IMG/VR virus record: IMGVR_UViG_3300024268_000023
DNA length: 64,000 nt
Direction: 5' to 3' (one strand)
Origin: a virus
Lineage: Duplodnaviria > Heunggongvirae > Uroviricota > Caudoviricetes
The notes below the pieces were generated by a model. The model ran no database searches. It had not been told where the DNA came from and worked only from the letters and a program-made list of their open reading frames with translations. Both the position numbers and the translations under genes were made by a program. Numbering within the stretch: the first letter of the stretch is position 1; each line of letters opens with the position of its first letter. This document shows positions 1-9,922 of the stretch, piece after piece.

Positions 1-2375
1 CTTTTGATGTACCAGACTCTACTCTATATGATTTCTTGATGAACGATGTATCGGAAGCGTATGAATGTGTTTTTGTTTTTGACACAATTAAAAGAGAAAT
101 AAACGTATATAACATCGAAGATAGTAGGCTCATACACGATAGCGATATTTATATTGGTTATAATAATTTTCTAAAGTCTGAAAAGGTTGAAGAAATTTCT
201 GAAGAACTCGTGACGGTTATGTCTTGCTATGGCGGTGACGGAGTTAATATTGCTTCTGTTAATCCTACCGGCACAATTTATCTTTATAATTTCGATCATT
301 TTAAACCGATGATGTCGAAAGGGCTCCAAGACGCTCTTGCTGCTTGGGAGGAAAAATATAAGGAATATGTAGTACCATGTTCATACGACAGCAAAGGCTC
401 TTACATCAAAGACACTGGCGGGAAATATTCGAATTTACTCCGAAGACTCAAAGAAGAAAATAGAGTGTTGATTGGGTTACAGACGGATTTGCGAGATCTT
501 GAAACCGAAAAATTAAAATATGAGGATTTGCAAGCTGCTCAAATCGCTGGCGGTATCGCTTCATCAACGGAAACCGGGAATAAAGCGGCTTACGAAGAAA
601 CGGTTGAAAATCTTAATAATGTGCTTATTGCAATTACTGCGAAAGAGGCAGAAATAACTACGCAGCAAGACATAATCAAAACCATTAAAGATGGGATGAG
701 CGCAGTAAATCATGAATTATCTTTTAAAGCTGAAGCTGGAACTTTTTTTGGCGCGAAGAATTTAGAAGAACTCGAATATTTCAAATATGAAAGCACTCAT
801 CAGGATGACAACTACATTATCACTGACGCAATGGATTTGGTAGAGCAACAGGATATGATTCAGCAGCTTTATGACAGCTGTATCAATATTATGGACAAGG
901 CAGCTCATCCGACTTATAACATTACAGCCGATTCGGTAAACTTTTTATTTATTGAAAAGTTGGCTCCGTATATTGATAGAATTTATGACAGTAGCAAGCC
1001 GGAAACTTTGAAACAGCTTTTGGGTACGAGATTTAATCTTGAAATTGCAGAAGATGAGTGGATAGACCCAGTGCTTCTCAAATTCCATGTAAATTTCGAT
1101 GATCCTACGGATTTCAGCATGGAGTTCAGCAATAAATATAGGCTTCATAATGCTTTGTGGACATATAGTGATCTTATTGGTGAAGCCGTTGCGACAAGCG
1201 GTAGTATGAGCTTTGACTATAGTTCTGTAAAAAATTGGGCAACCCATAAAGACGAGATGCTTGATTTCATTAATGGCAACTTCGATGTTTCAAAGAATAG
1301 ACTTGTAAATAATTCTGAAAGCAACTCGTTTCTAATCGATAATACGGGCATTAGAGGTTCGAGCAAAAATGCGGATGGCACTGATTCTAAAAAAGGAATC
1401 TGGATTACTGCTGATACGCTTGCTTTTACCGACGATAATTGGCAGACTGTAAAAACTGCTTTGGGGTTGGTTGGCAATACGGAAACATATGGGCTTAATG
1501 CAGAATTACTTATTGGCAAGGCTATTTTTGGTTCTAACCTTATGATTTCAAATGAAGCCAATACAATGACGATGGATAATAGGGGACTGATAATCCAATC
1601 TAATTCTGGGACAATCTCATTGATTCCAAATAAAAATTTGGAAGGAGAAAACGATAATCCAGGTGGAATTTCCATTATCAACAATAAAGGAACTAATGTT
1701 TTTCAAGTAAATATGGATGGCGAATTAGTTCTTCAAAGCATTAATGCAAAGTCTGGTAAAATTGGCGGTTTTGCAATTACCACTGAAAGAATTAATAATA
1801 CAGATGTTGCAGTATTAAAAAGTACAGAATCAACAAACAATCCACGCATTGTCCTTCGAAGCAATGGTACGGCTAAAATCGGCATGATGGAGATTAAAGC
1901 AAATACCACAATTTTTGACGGAGAAATTTATGCAGACAATATTGCATATAACGCCAAAAACGGTTACGGAGGGTCGTTATCAGGAAGTGCAATAACTGGA
2001 GGCTCAATCACTGGTTCTAAAATTACATCGGATGGAGTAAACGGTATTGGTACAAGTCAAATTAATACCAGTGCTGTTACTTATTCAAAGTTAAATAATG
2101 ACGTTGTAACGGAGTTTAATAAGATCTATGCGACGGAAGCGAAAGTTAAAAGTCTTATTGCAGAGAATGCTATTATTCAAAAACTCTCTATAGGGTCGAA
2201 TGGGTATCTACAATGTAACTCTTCGATAACACTAAATAGCACTACGGCTGGAATGTATGTTTATAAGCCAAATGAAAACAATGTGTTAGGCAATTTAGGC
2301 ATGGTGCTTTTGAAACCAATTAGAATAGCTATAAACGGTACTGCTTACGCCATTCTCGGTAGCGTAATAACATAA
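1..2375 (+). CDS. phage tail fibre/structural protein, 5'-partial
   Basis: Frame is open back to window position 3 with no stop, so the gene probably begins upstream. N-terminal half is coiled-coil-like. C-terminal half is beta-rich with Asn/Gly/Thr repeat segments typical of fibre/receptor-binding proteins. It lies in a plus-strand structural block. Confidence 0.55.
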   Translation, partial: FDVPDSTLYDFLMNDVSEAYECVFVFDTIKREINVYNIEDSRLIHDSDIYIGYNNFLKSEKVEEISEELVTVMSCYGGDGVNIASVNPTGTIYLYNFDHFKPMMSKGLQDALAAWEEKYKEYVVPCSYDSKGSYIKDTGGKYSNLLRRLKEENRVLIGLQTDLRDLETEKLKYEDLQAAQIAGGIASSTETGNKAAYEETVENLNNVLIAITAKEAEITTQQDIIKTIKDGMSAVNHELSFKAEAGTFFGAKNLEELEYFKYESTHQDDNYIITDAMDLVEQQDMIQQLYDSCINIMDKAAHPTYNITADSVNFLFIEKLAPYIDRIYDSSKPETLKQLLGTRFNLEIAEDEWIDPVLLKFHVNFDDPTDFSMEFSNKYRLHNALWTYSDLIGEAVATSGSMSFDYSSVKNWATHKDEMLDFINGNFDVSKNRLVNNSESNSFLIDNTGIRGSSKNADGTDSKKGIWITADTLAFTDDNWQTVKTALGLVGNTETYGLNAELLIGKAIFGSNLMISNEANTMTMDNRGLIIQSNSGTISLIPNKNLEGENDNPGGISIINNKGTNVFQVNMDGELVLQSINAKSGKIGGFAITTERINNTDVAVLKSTESTNNPRIVLRSNGTAKIGMMEIKANTTIFDGEIYADNIAYNAKNGYGGSLSGSAITGGSITGSKITSDGVNGIGTSQINTSAVTYSKLNNDVVTEFNKIYATEAKVKSLIAENAIIQKLSIGSNGYLQCNSSITLNSTTAGMYVYKPNENNVLGNLGMVLLKPIRIAINGTAYAILGSVIT

Positions 2376-2394
2376 AAGGAGCAAAAGTAATAAA

Positions 2395-2565
2395 ATGATA
2401 ACATCAAAAGATCTACAACCGATTATTGTAGCTCTTGAAAGCATCAGCGTTAAGGGCTCTCAGGATATCGGCACGATGAAAAATATATTTGATTATCTGG
2501 TTATGCTTCAGCAAAAAGCGGACGAGAAACCAGAAATCGACAACAAAAATGAAGGCGAAGCTTAA
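2395..2565 (+). CDS. small hypothetical protein (56 aa)
   Basis: ATG at 2395 preceded by AAGGAG. Stop at 2563-2565 overlaps a terminator-like hairpin. Below the ORF-track size cutoff. Confidence 0.4.
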   Translation: MITSKDLQPIIVALESISVKGSQDIGTMKNIFDYLVMLQQKADEKPEIDNKNEGEA

Positions 2566-2583
2566 TGCTTCGCCTTCTACTTT
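2551..2583 (+). terminator. hairpin terminator-like (GAAGGCGAAGC-TTAAT-GCTTCGCCTTC)
   Basis: Perfect 11-bp stem followed by a T-rich tract. Confidence 0.4.
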
Positions 2584-2595
2584 AATTATGAAAGG

Positions 2596-2982
2596 GTGAT
2601 TATAATGCAAGTTACATATAAGGAAGAGCTTGCGCCCGTTTCTTTTATTGCAGGAGATTACCAAGAATTTGAATATACAATAACGGATATTGATACAGGA
2701 AAAGCCGTTGATCCAAATTTAGTTAAAAGTTTTGAAGTAGTCTTATTCCGTTACGGAGAAACGGAAACTCCGGCTTTGGTCGTAAAAGGAAGTCGACGCC
2801 CATCTTTTTTAGGCGGTGGAAATGTTTTTACGGTTGCACTTAAATCGGAAGAAACGGCAAAACTTGAAAGTGGTTTGTATATTCAGCAACCTATCATCAA
2901 AGACGATGAAAAAACATTCAGGCCTTGCCAAGGGACGGTAAATATTATTGCTCGAGGTAAGACCGGAGAGGAGGATATTTAA
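2596..2982 (+). CDS. hypothetical structural-module protein
   Basis: 128-aa ORF with an RBS (AAAGGGTG), tightly packed with neighbours. Confidence 0.5.
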   Translation: MIIMQVTYKEELAPVSFIAGDYQEFEYTITDIDTGKAVDPNLVKSFEVVLFRYGETETPALVVKGSRRPSFLGGGNVFTVALKSEETAKLESGLYIQQPIIKDDEKTFRPCQGTVNIIARGKTGEEDI

Positions 2983-2984
2983 TT

Positions 2985-3431
2985 ATGGTTACAATTCCTC
3001 AAAGAAATCTTATAGCTAAATTCCTTTTTGGAAGAAGCATTAGTGGCGAAGAGCTTCTTAAATTGTCACCTGCGTCTTTTTATATTGGTTTAAGTGAAGA
3101 TGAACTTACAGAAAATGGCGTTATTACGGGAGAATTGACTTCTGGCGGATATAAACGTGCAAAAGTTGAGAACACTTATGGATTCAATGGCACTTTTAGC
3201 GAAAGTGCAAATAATGGCGCGGTAACAAATGAATACAAAGAAATCAGATTCGAAAAGTCAACAGAAGTTTGGCCAGCGGTTAAATCTGTTTTTATTTCTC
3301 CGAATGCAGAACCTACAGAGGGCGAATTTGCTATGTATATCGCCGCAGTTGATATTCAGGAGATTCCTAGCGGAGTAAACCTCTATTATGATAAAGGAGC
3401 TTTGCAGCTTTCTATAGGAGCTGGTGAATAA
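2985..3431 (+). CDS. hypothetical structural-module protein
   Basis: 148-aa ORF starting 3 nt after the previous stop. Confidence 0.5.
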   Translation: MVTIPQRNLIAKFLFGRSISGEELLKLSPASFYIGLSEDELTENGVITGELTSGGYKRAKVENTYGFNGTFSESANNGAVTNEYKEIRFEKSTEVWPAVKSVFISPNAEPTEGEFAMYIAAVDIQEIPSGVNLYYDKGALQLSIGAGE

Positions 3432-3434
3432 TTA

Positions 3435-3818
3435 ATGAAATATTCCTTCAATTTAAAAATAGAAACTCGGCTCAAAGAAGAAGGTTCAAACGCTTTAACT
3501 CTTACCAATAGACACTCTTTTGCATTAAAAACCACAATGTTTGGAGAATCTATAGATGCTATTTGGATGAATCTTGGCACTTTTGTTAATGATATTAAAG
3601 TGGCAGATAGTCTTAAAGATGTCAAAGCAGATATCCCTGAAATCAAACAATACATTGAATCTGCTTTCGAAAATAAAATTGAAGTTAATTTCAGTGTTGC
3701 AGGAGCTAAATTCGGCAGATTTTATAACCATACATTGGGTGATTATGATGACAGTGCATTAAGTGCTTTAGATGGCAAGACACTTAAAGAGTTGGATTCA
3801 AGTGAAGAGGAGGGATAA
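3435..3818 (+). CDS. hypothetical structural-module protein
   Basis: 127-aa ORF, contiguous operon spacing. Confidence 0.5.
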   Translation: MKYSFNLKIETRLKEEGSNALTLTNRHSFALKTTMFGESIDAIWMNLGTFVNDIKVADSLKDVKADIPEIKQYIESAFENKIEVNFSVAGAKFGRFYNHTLGDYDDSALSALDGKTLKELDSSEEEG

Positions 3819-3819
3819 G

Positions 3820-4503
3820 ATGCCAAAGACATTTAACCCGAATGAATATAAAATAGAAAACAAAAACGAAGATAGTCTGTTTAAAAATTTTAGGGACGAG
3901 CTTGTATCAGATCTTGAAGGTGGGTTTTCCGCCATAAGTACAGATCTTGATGATCTCTATACTCAGATTGAAGAAATTGAAATACCTGAAGTACCAGAAA
4001 TTCCAGAAGTTACACCAGCAGAAGACCAAACTGTTACTTTTACTGAAGCAGGAACGAAAGAAAATATTGCTACTACAGATACCATCAAAACGTTATTTGG
4101 TAAGATTGCGAAATGGTTTAGTAGTTTTGGTGCTCTTGCTTGGAAAGACACTATCAGCAATGCACAGGATATAGGTGATGAGGTTATTGAAAATAGAAAT
4201 CTTGCATATATGCCGGTTGATACGTTTAAAGGAAACTGTACAGAGAAGGCTGCAGCTCCGCAAGACTTAACCGTTGCAGAGATGCAAGAAGTTCTTGGTA
4301 TTAGTTGCGATGGAATTGGTGCTTTGCCGACTACAGGAGGCACGATTAATGGAAGTTTATCTGTCAAAACTCCAACCGAAGCTGCTCATGCTGTAAATAA
4401 AGGATATGTAGATGCTCTTCCATCTATCTATATTTCTACGTCTGAGCCAACGGAAGCTGATGGGAAAAATGGTGACATCTGGATTTTATATTCCACGGAA
4501 TGA
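3820..4503 (+). CDS. tail fibre-like protein
   Basis: Start moved to the ATG at 3820, which has a GAGGAGGG RBS; the track ORF begins at 3772 and overlaps the upstream gene. N-terminal helical region, Glu/Pro repeat EIPEVPEIPEV, and a C-terminal beta domain. Confidence 0.5.
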   Translation: MPKTFNPNEYKIENKNEDSLFKNFRDELVSDLEGGFSAISTDLDDLYTQIEEIEIPEVPEIPEVTPAEDQTVTFTEAGTKENIATTDTIKTLFGKIAKWFSSFGALAWKDTISNAQDIGDEVIENRNLAYMPVDTFKGNCTEKAAAPQDLTVAEMQEVLGISCDGIGALPTTGGTINGSLSVKTPTEAAHAVNKGYVDALPSIYISTSEPTEADGKNGDIWILYSTE

Positions 4504-4513
4504 GGTGTAGTAA

Positions 4514-6115
4514 ATGGCATTTTACGATTTGCTTACAACTACTTTGGATAATATAACGTTAAACAACGGGGATATTATTGAATGTAGATATTCTGGGAAT
4601 TATAAAGAACTAAAACTGCCCAAAGGGAGATATTTGTTTGATTGCTACGGAGCGCAAGGAGGCACGGTTACTAATGCTGGGCATAGTAATATGATCAGTG
4701 GCAGTGATTCCCCGATAATAACGACACATCTCGGTGGACTTGGAGGACGGATTTATGGAGAAATATCCGTTGTAGAAGATACGGTCTTTTACTTATATGT
4801 TGGAGGAGAAGGACTAGAGGGGTGTTATCAGTTTGAAGGAATCCTCCCCGGAGGGTGGAACGGAGGAGGAAGTGTTTCTAATGCATACTTTGCAGGTAGT
4901 GGCGGTGGAGCAACAGATATAAGACTTTCCCACAATTTAGAAGATAGGATTATTGTCGCAGGCGCTGGTGGTGGTGGCTGTGTCGTAGGTCAATCTCTTG
5001 AAACCGATAAATATTTCGCTTTCGGCGGTGCGGGAGGTGGAATAAAAGCAGACTCGGGCTCGGTTTATAATACTTTAGAATCCTATAATTGCACTGTTGC
5101 AACTGGAGGCTCTCAAACCGAGGGAGGCATTGGCGCTTCAATAACTGGCTCTTATACTGCGCAACAAGGGGAAACAGGCAGTCTTGGAGTTGGTGGAGCT
5201 GGCACTGGAAACATAACAAAGAAACAATGTGGTGGTGGCGGCGGCGGCGGCTATTACGGAGGCGGAGGAGGAACTCTTTTATATACTAGTGGTTACGGCA
5301 ACGGAGTATTTAGCTCTGGAGCAGGGGGCTCAAGCTTTGCCTCTACGGCTTTTTCAAATACCATCCACGAGCAAGGAACGCGAAAAGGAGACGGGTTAAT
5401 TAGAATTACTGTTCTTGATTCTAATAATGAAATTTCTATTTACGTTAAAAATAATGGAAGAATACTACAATCCTCTAAAATTAATTGTAAAGTTGGAAAC
5501 GATTGGTATATAGCTGATGCTTTATATGCAAAAGTAAATAATGAATGGACAGAATGCGGGAAACAAGTCCATACTCAGCCACCTCTTGAAGATGAAAGTG
5601 GGTCTGAAGGATCGGCATTACAAAGAAAGTTATATATATACGAACAAGGAAAATCCGATGTTTTTAAACAAAATTATGGGGCAGAAACAAGTAGCTATGG
5701 AACAATTGGTTATAATTCGGATGGAGAATATTATCTTTATAGCACTTATGGAAATCTAAATTTCGTAATTACAAACTGGATAGGCCCGATAAATTGTTCT
5801 GGATATTCTAAACTTATAATAGAATATAACCGTAATAGGAATGTTAGCAGTAGTGGTTTGTATGTTGGATATGGATATGACACCGATATTGATTTACCTG
5901 ATTCAAGTGCAAATTGGGAGTCTTACTTAAAAGCTGTTGATAACGAACAAGGTATATATGTTCAAAAAAAATTCGATATAACTAATATTGATTCGGATTT
6001 TTATATCAAGATATATGTGTCAGTCCCAAGTAGCGTAAGCTCAAGAACTTCAGTCATCGCTATTAAAAATATTTGGCTTGAAAGATCTCCGGGCTTAGAA
6101 ACTGATTCGGAATAA
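4514..6115 (+). CDS. glycine-rich tail fibre / collagen-like repeat protein
   Basis: 533 aa with long Gly-rich stretches (GGGGGGGYYGGGGG, AGAGGGG) and a C-terminal beta domain. Followed by a strong terminator. Confidence 0.55.
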   Translation: MAFYDLLTTTLDNITLNNGDIIECRYSGNYKELKLPKGRYLFDCYGAQGGTVTNAGHSNMISGSDSPIITTHLGGLGGRIYGEISVVEDTVFYLYVGGEGLEGCYQFEGILPGGWNGGGSVSNAYFAGSGGGATDIRLSHNLEDRIIVAGAGGGGCVVGQSLETDKYFAFGGAGGGIKADSGSVYNTLESYNCTVATGGSQTEGGIGASITGSYTAQQGETGSLGVGGAGTGNITKKQCGGGGGGGYYGGGGGTLLYTSGYGNGVFSSGAGGSSFASTAFSNTIHEQGTRKGDGLIRITVLDSNNEISIYVKNNGRILQSSKINCKVGNDWYIADALYAKVNNEWTECGKQVHTQPPLEDESGSEGSALQRKLYIYEQGKSDVFKQNYGAETSSYGTIGYNSDGEYYLYSTYGNLNFVITNWIGPINCSGYSKLIIEYNRNRNVSSSGLYVGYGYDTDIDLPDSSANWESYLKAVDNEQGIYVQKKFDITNIDSDFYIKIYVSVPSSVSSRTSVIAIKNIWLERSPGLETDSE

Positions 6116-6144
6116 CAGTACATTTAATTTAAAAATAATTTATA

Positions 6145-6180
6145 AAAGCTCTCAGCTTAATTGCTGAGAGCTTTTCTTTT
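6145..6180 (+). terminator. rho-independent terminator
   Basis: AAAGCTCTCAGC-TTAATT-GCTGAGAGCTTT stem-loop followed by TTCTTTT. Confidence 0.7.
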
Positions 6181-6252
6181 AGAAGAAGGTGAAAAGATGA
6201 AAGAAGTTTATGCGCCTTCGGGTTCACAGCTTTTGTTTTTCCCGATGGAAGA

Positions 6253-7161
6253 ATGGCGCTTATGAAACGCAAAGAACATAAATTAATTTCGAACGTTGAG
6301 TGCAAGCATTGTTACAAGTGTGATCAATGGCTTCCACTATCGTGCTTTGGGTCTGATAAAAGCAAATGGGATGGATTGAATGCTTCTTGTAAAGAATGCG
6401 AAAAAATAAAGCGCGATTCAGAAAGTTATAAGAAAAAATCAGTAATCAATGCTCGCAATTATTATGAAAAAAATAAAAATAGTGAGGATTTTATAGCCCG
6501 AAGAAAAGCTAATATCGAAAAGTTCAAAGAAAATAACCCGTTTTATAGCCAAGAGTATCATCAAAGAAACAAAGAAAAAGACAATGAAAGAAATTGTAAG
6601 AACTATTGGAAAAACAAAGAAAAATACAATTTGCGTTCAAGAAAGAATAATGCCCGTATATACAAAGAAACCCATCCTCACGCAGGAGAAAAGGTTGTTT
6701 CGCAAGGCGAAGAGTTTGTTGCAGATTGGTTGCAGAAACACGGTATTTTTGAACGGTTTGATTTCTATGGCAGACATTATTACGAAATCTTTGGTGAAAT
6801 AAAAGATAGCGATATTTACTACATACGGCAATATTGGTTTGAAGATTTAAAAGATAAAAAGAAACTATTATTTGATTTTTATATACCGAAGTTAAATGTA
6901 ATTATTGAGGTTAATGGCATAAAACACTATGCTCCAAAAAGTTTTAGTAAAAATGCAACTAAAGAAGATCGCTTAAAAGAATTTGCGGAAACGACATTGC
7001 ATGATCGGAAAAAATGCAGATATGCCGAAGAGCATGGAATAGAGGTCTTCGATATTAAATATGGGTTCGGAAATTATAAATTCCCTTATGTTGAGGCGGA
7101 ACTCAACAAAATAATGCAACCGTTTTTAAAAGAACAGGAAGGAAAGGAGATGTGCGCATGA
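6253..7161 (+). CDS. homing-endonuclease-like protein (N-terminal Cys4 zinc finger plus C-terminal Vsr/DUF559-like PD-(D/E)xK domain)
   Basis: CKHCYKCDQW...CKECEK zinc-finger motifs. C-terminal region FDFYIPKLNVIIEVNGIKHY fits the D...(E)VDG..H motif of Vsr-like nucleases. The gene is flanked by a ~60-bp direct duplication (6197-6256 and 7159-7218). Confidence 0.5.
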   Translation: MALMKRKEHKLISNVECKHCYKCDQWLPLSCFGSDKSKWDGLNASCKECEKIKRDSESYKKKSVINARNYYEKNKNSEDFIARRKANIEKFKENNPFYSQEYHQRNKEKDNERNCKNYWKNKEKYNLRSRKNNARIYKETHPHAGEKVVSQGEEFVADWLQKHGIFERFDFYGRHYYEIFGEIKDSDIYYIRQYWFEDLKDKKKLLFDFYIPKLNVIIEVNGIKHYAPKSFSKNATKEDRLKEFAETTLHDRKKCRYAEEHGIEVFDIKYGFGNYKFPYVEAELNKIMQPFLKEQEGKEMCA

Positions 7162-7282
7162 AAGAGATTTATGCACCTTCTGGTTCTCAACTTTTATTCT
7201 TCCCGATGGAAGAGTGCACCGTTGCTGCAGGATATAAAAATACAAAGTATCGCAAAGATTATGGGTATGTCCATTACGGGGT
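7159..7282 (+). CDS. putative exon 1 of a split M23 peptidase gene
   Basis: Encodes MKEIYAPSGSQLLFFPMEECTVAAGYKNTKYRKDYGYVHYGV. This parallels the GYKNAYYKSIYKMHHYGLD segment of the downstream M23 domain. The frame terminates 19 codons later. Confidence 0.4.
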
Positions 7283-7520
7283 GAAGATCGCCCCCTGGGT
7301 TTTATTCCAGAAAAAATCCCGTAAAATCGGTGAAGCCTGAGATGGTAATACCGAGTTCCCACGAAACCAGCGGGGAATGTAACGCATAGGTAGTGAGCGC
7401 TATGGAAGCAATAATCTACCCACGAGTACGGGACAGCGAAAGCTGAAAATGTATGCTGAACTTATACGAAAAGGAAGTATAAGAACTATTGGATAAAAAG
7501 CCAATAGGATAACAAATTTG
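7283..7520 (+). other. candidate group I intron (~238 nt, no ORF)
   Basis: Separates two pieces of an M23 peptidase reading frame, with a frame change from 0 to 1 and no ATG downstream. The upstream exon ends in U and the proposed intron ends in G. An internal guide-like GCCCCC near the 5' end can pair with exon CGGGGU. Local GC is above the surrounding sequence. Confidence 0.35.
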
Positions 7521-8643
7521 GGACTTCGATGATCGTTGGGGCAAAGACTTTAACGTACTTGCCTCAGGAACGGGTAAAGTTATAGGTGTAGAAAAGAACA
7601 GCAATAGCATCGGCGGTGTTGTTGTAATTCAGTATGACAATGTCTATAATCCGACCACAAAACTTAAGAGAAACCTTATTGTTCGTTATTATCACCTTTA
7701 TTCTTTAAAGGTAAAAAAAGGACAAACCGTCAATGCTTACGATGTTATCGGGACTATCAGTGGTTCTCATAAATGGTGGAATCATATCCATTTTGAGATT
7801 GATACGGACATCAAACACCCATTTCACACCCCCCAGGTTGCGGAGGGTTCGAGCAAATTGCTCATTAGAGCAGGTGCTACCGCGACCACTCTTTTGAACC
7901 CTATGTCGGTTTTGGTGGTCGGAAAGAAACAAACAGCAAGAGTTCACTCTCTCGCTGTTTATGCAACAACTGCGGTGGATTCTCCTCGTTTCTGCGAAGG
8001 GGATCCACCCCCTAAAGAAGAAATAAAAGCACCGATTCAGAAGCTGATTATGCCGATGAATGATGCAAAAATTACTTGCGGATATAAAAACGCATATTAT
8101 AAATCAATTTACAAGATGCATCACTATGGGTTAGATATGGTGAGTGCAAGCGGTAATAGAGAACTTTATGGACTTGGGAATGGCACTGTTGTTGCTGCAG
8201 GTTGGGATGGAGTTACTGCCGCTAAAAATGGTGCAAGCGCCGGAGCAGGGTATGTTTTAATCATTAAATATGAAGGCGTTTATAACCATAACACGAAAAA
8301 ATCTTGTGATGTGGTTTGCACTTTTATGCATATGAGAGAAGCTCCTCTCGTAAAAGCTGGAGACAAAATAACTACGGAAACTCTTTTGGGCTACTATGGT
8401 GGCACAGGAGCATATGTCAGCGGGGATCATCTTCATGTTCAATTTGACACAGACACAAAATATCCTTTGGCCTGTATGCCTATGGCTGCCACTGGGCACA
8501 AAATTTTAAAGCGAGGCACAATAGACTCCACAGTAGAGCCTTGCTATATACTGCACAAAGGAAGAGGGCAGACAGTTGCCCTTGGAGCTCACAGCAAACA
8601 ATTTGACAGTGTCAAAGTATTGGGAATTCCCACTGTAACTTGA
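7521..8643 (+). CDS. M23/LytM-family peptidase (putative exon 2; two M23-like regions)
   Basis: Frame is open from 7513 without an ATG until 7858. It encodes VLASGTGKVIGVE...HIHFEID and later HHYGLD...HLHVQFD (HxxxD and HxH M23 motifs). Confidence 0.55.
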
Positions 8644-8684
8644 AGATAAAGGATAATATTTTGAAGGAATGGTGTTAGTAAGAA

Positions 8685-9317
8685 ATGTTGAACTACATAG
8701 AATATCTTGGATTACCGAGTACAATTGCAATTGGTTTGGTAGTCTTGTTTTTTATTCTTCAAGTTATTGGAGAATTGCTGGAGTTTAAAGGAAAAGTCGT
8801 ACCGGAAGTTTTAAAAGTAAGAAAGTATTTTGCTCGCAAAAAAGAAGAGCGCGAAACTCTTAAAAAGATTCCAAGTCTTGTTCAAGGAATGGAAGAAAAA
8901 ATGGAAGCTATGGGTGAAAAGTTTGATAACTTTACAGCACATTACACCGATGACAATATTGACAAGCGCAATGATTGGATTGAAAAAGTAAATAAACACC
9001 TTACTGATAGTGGTTGTAAATTTGAAGGAATTGAGGCTAAAGTAGAAAAAAATGCTTCGATTTCTACAAAGCTCCTTATCAACACCGAACGTAGAGAAAT
9101 TATTGATTTTGCTCTTTATGTTTCAGATGAATCTCATCCGGTGACAAGAGAACAATTCAATAGGATTTTTAAACTTTATAACGAATATGAAGACATCATA
9201 GCGGAGAACGGCTTGAGCAATGGCGAAGTTGACATCTCTTACGGCATTATTAAAGAAGCATATGAAAAACACATGAAAGAACATAATTTTATTGAAGATA
9301 TGCATAACAGAAACTGA
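8685..9317 (+). CDS. hypothetical protein with N-terminal TM helix
   Basis: 210 aa with a hydrophobic N-terminus followed by charged coiled-coil-like sequence. Confidence 0.5.
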   Translation: MLNYIEYLGLPSTIAIGLVVLFFILQVIGELLEFKGKVVPEVLKVRKYFARKKEERETLKKIPSLVQGMEEKMEAMGEKFDNFTAHYTDDNIDKRNDWIEKVNKHLTDSGCKFEGIEAKVEKNASISTKLLINTERREIIDFALYVSDESHPVTREQFNRIFKLYNEYEDIIAENGLSNGEVDISYGIIKEAYEKHMKEHNFIEDMHNRN

Positions 9318-9328
9318 GGCGAAAAAAT

Positions 9329-9922
9329 ATGGGGAAAAATTTAGAATACAATAAAAAGGCTTTTGAACAGCTTGTTGAAGCGCCTGGAAGCAAATCTGTT
9401 TTCTCTCGTGACGGGTTTATTGAATATCAAAATGGAATGACCAATATAAAATATGGCCTCGTTACGGCAGCTTACGGTGGCTGTGGCGCTATTGCTGCGT
9501 GGAATATTTTAAAGGTTCTTAACGTTGCTCCGGATAAAGCAACACTTTTTGATGAAATGGAAAGAGGGCTTGTCCTCGGAGGCAAGCTTGGCACTGATAT
9601 TCTTTTCGTTAAAAGATATTTGAGCCAGAAAGGTCGCCAGGTGGATATGTATTGTTCACTTAAAGGATTCAAAAGAGCATTTTCCCGTATGGGAATTCTA
9701 TATTATATGAAAGACAATCTTAGGGCTCATTATGTTGCTTTCACTCCTGCAGGCACTAATGAAAAAGGCGAACTTTTATATAGATTCCATAATGCTGCGG
9801 CAGGCTCTTACTGGAAAACTTTTGATGGCATTAAATACATGGAACAGCTACCTATGACGATGGATGAATTTCTGAAAGAATCCAACGCGAAAGTCAAGGT
9901 GTTTTACGATGTTCGGAAATAA
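9329..9922 (+). CDS. putative papain-like/CHAP-like cysteine peptidase
   Basis: GGCGAIAAW cysteine context, and HYVAF histidine about 97 residues later. Position next to holin-like genes suggests a lysin role. Weak call. Confidence 0.35.
   Translation: MGKNLEYNKKAFEQLVEAPGSKSVFSRDGFIEYQNGMTNIKYGLVTAAYGGCGAIAAWNILKVLNVAPDKATLFDEMERGLVLGGKLGTDILFVKRYLSQKGRQVDMYCSLKGFKRAFSRMGILYYMKDNLRAHYVAFTPAGTNEKGELLYRFHNAAAGSYWKTFDGIKYMEQLPMTMDEFLKESNAKVKVFYDVRK

Noticed and set aside
3947-4367. ORFs 3947..4174 (+) and 3963..4367 (-) inside the tail-fibre-like gene.
   Set aside because: They are Leu/Lys-rich or Ser-rich translations of the alternate frames of a repeat-containing gene, with no start context.
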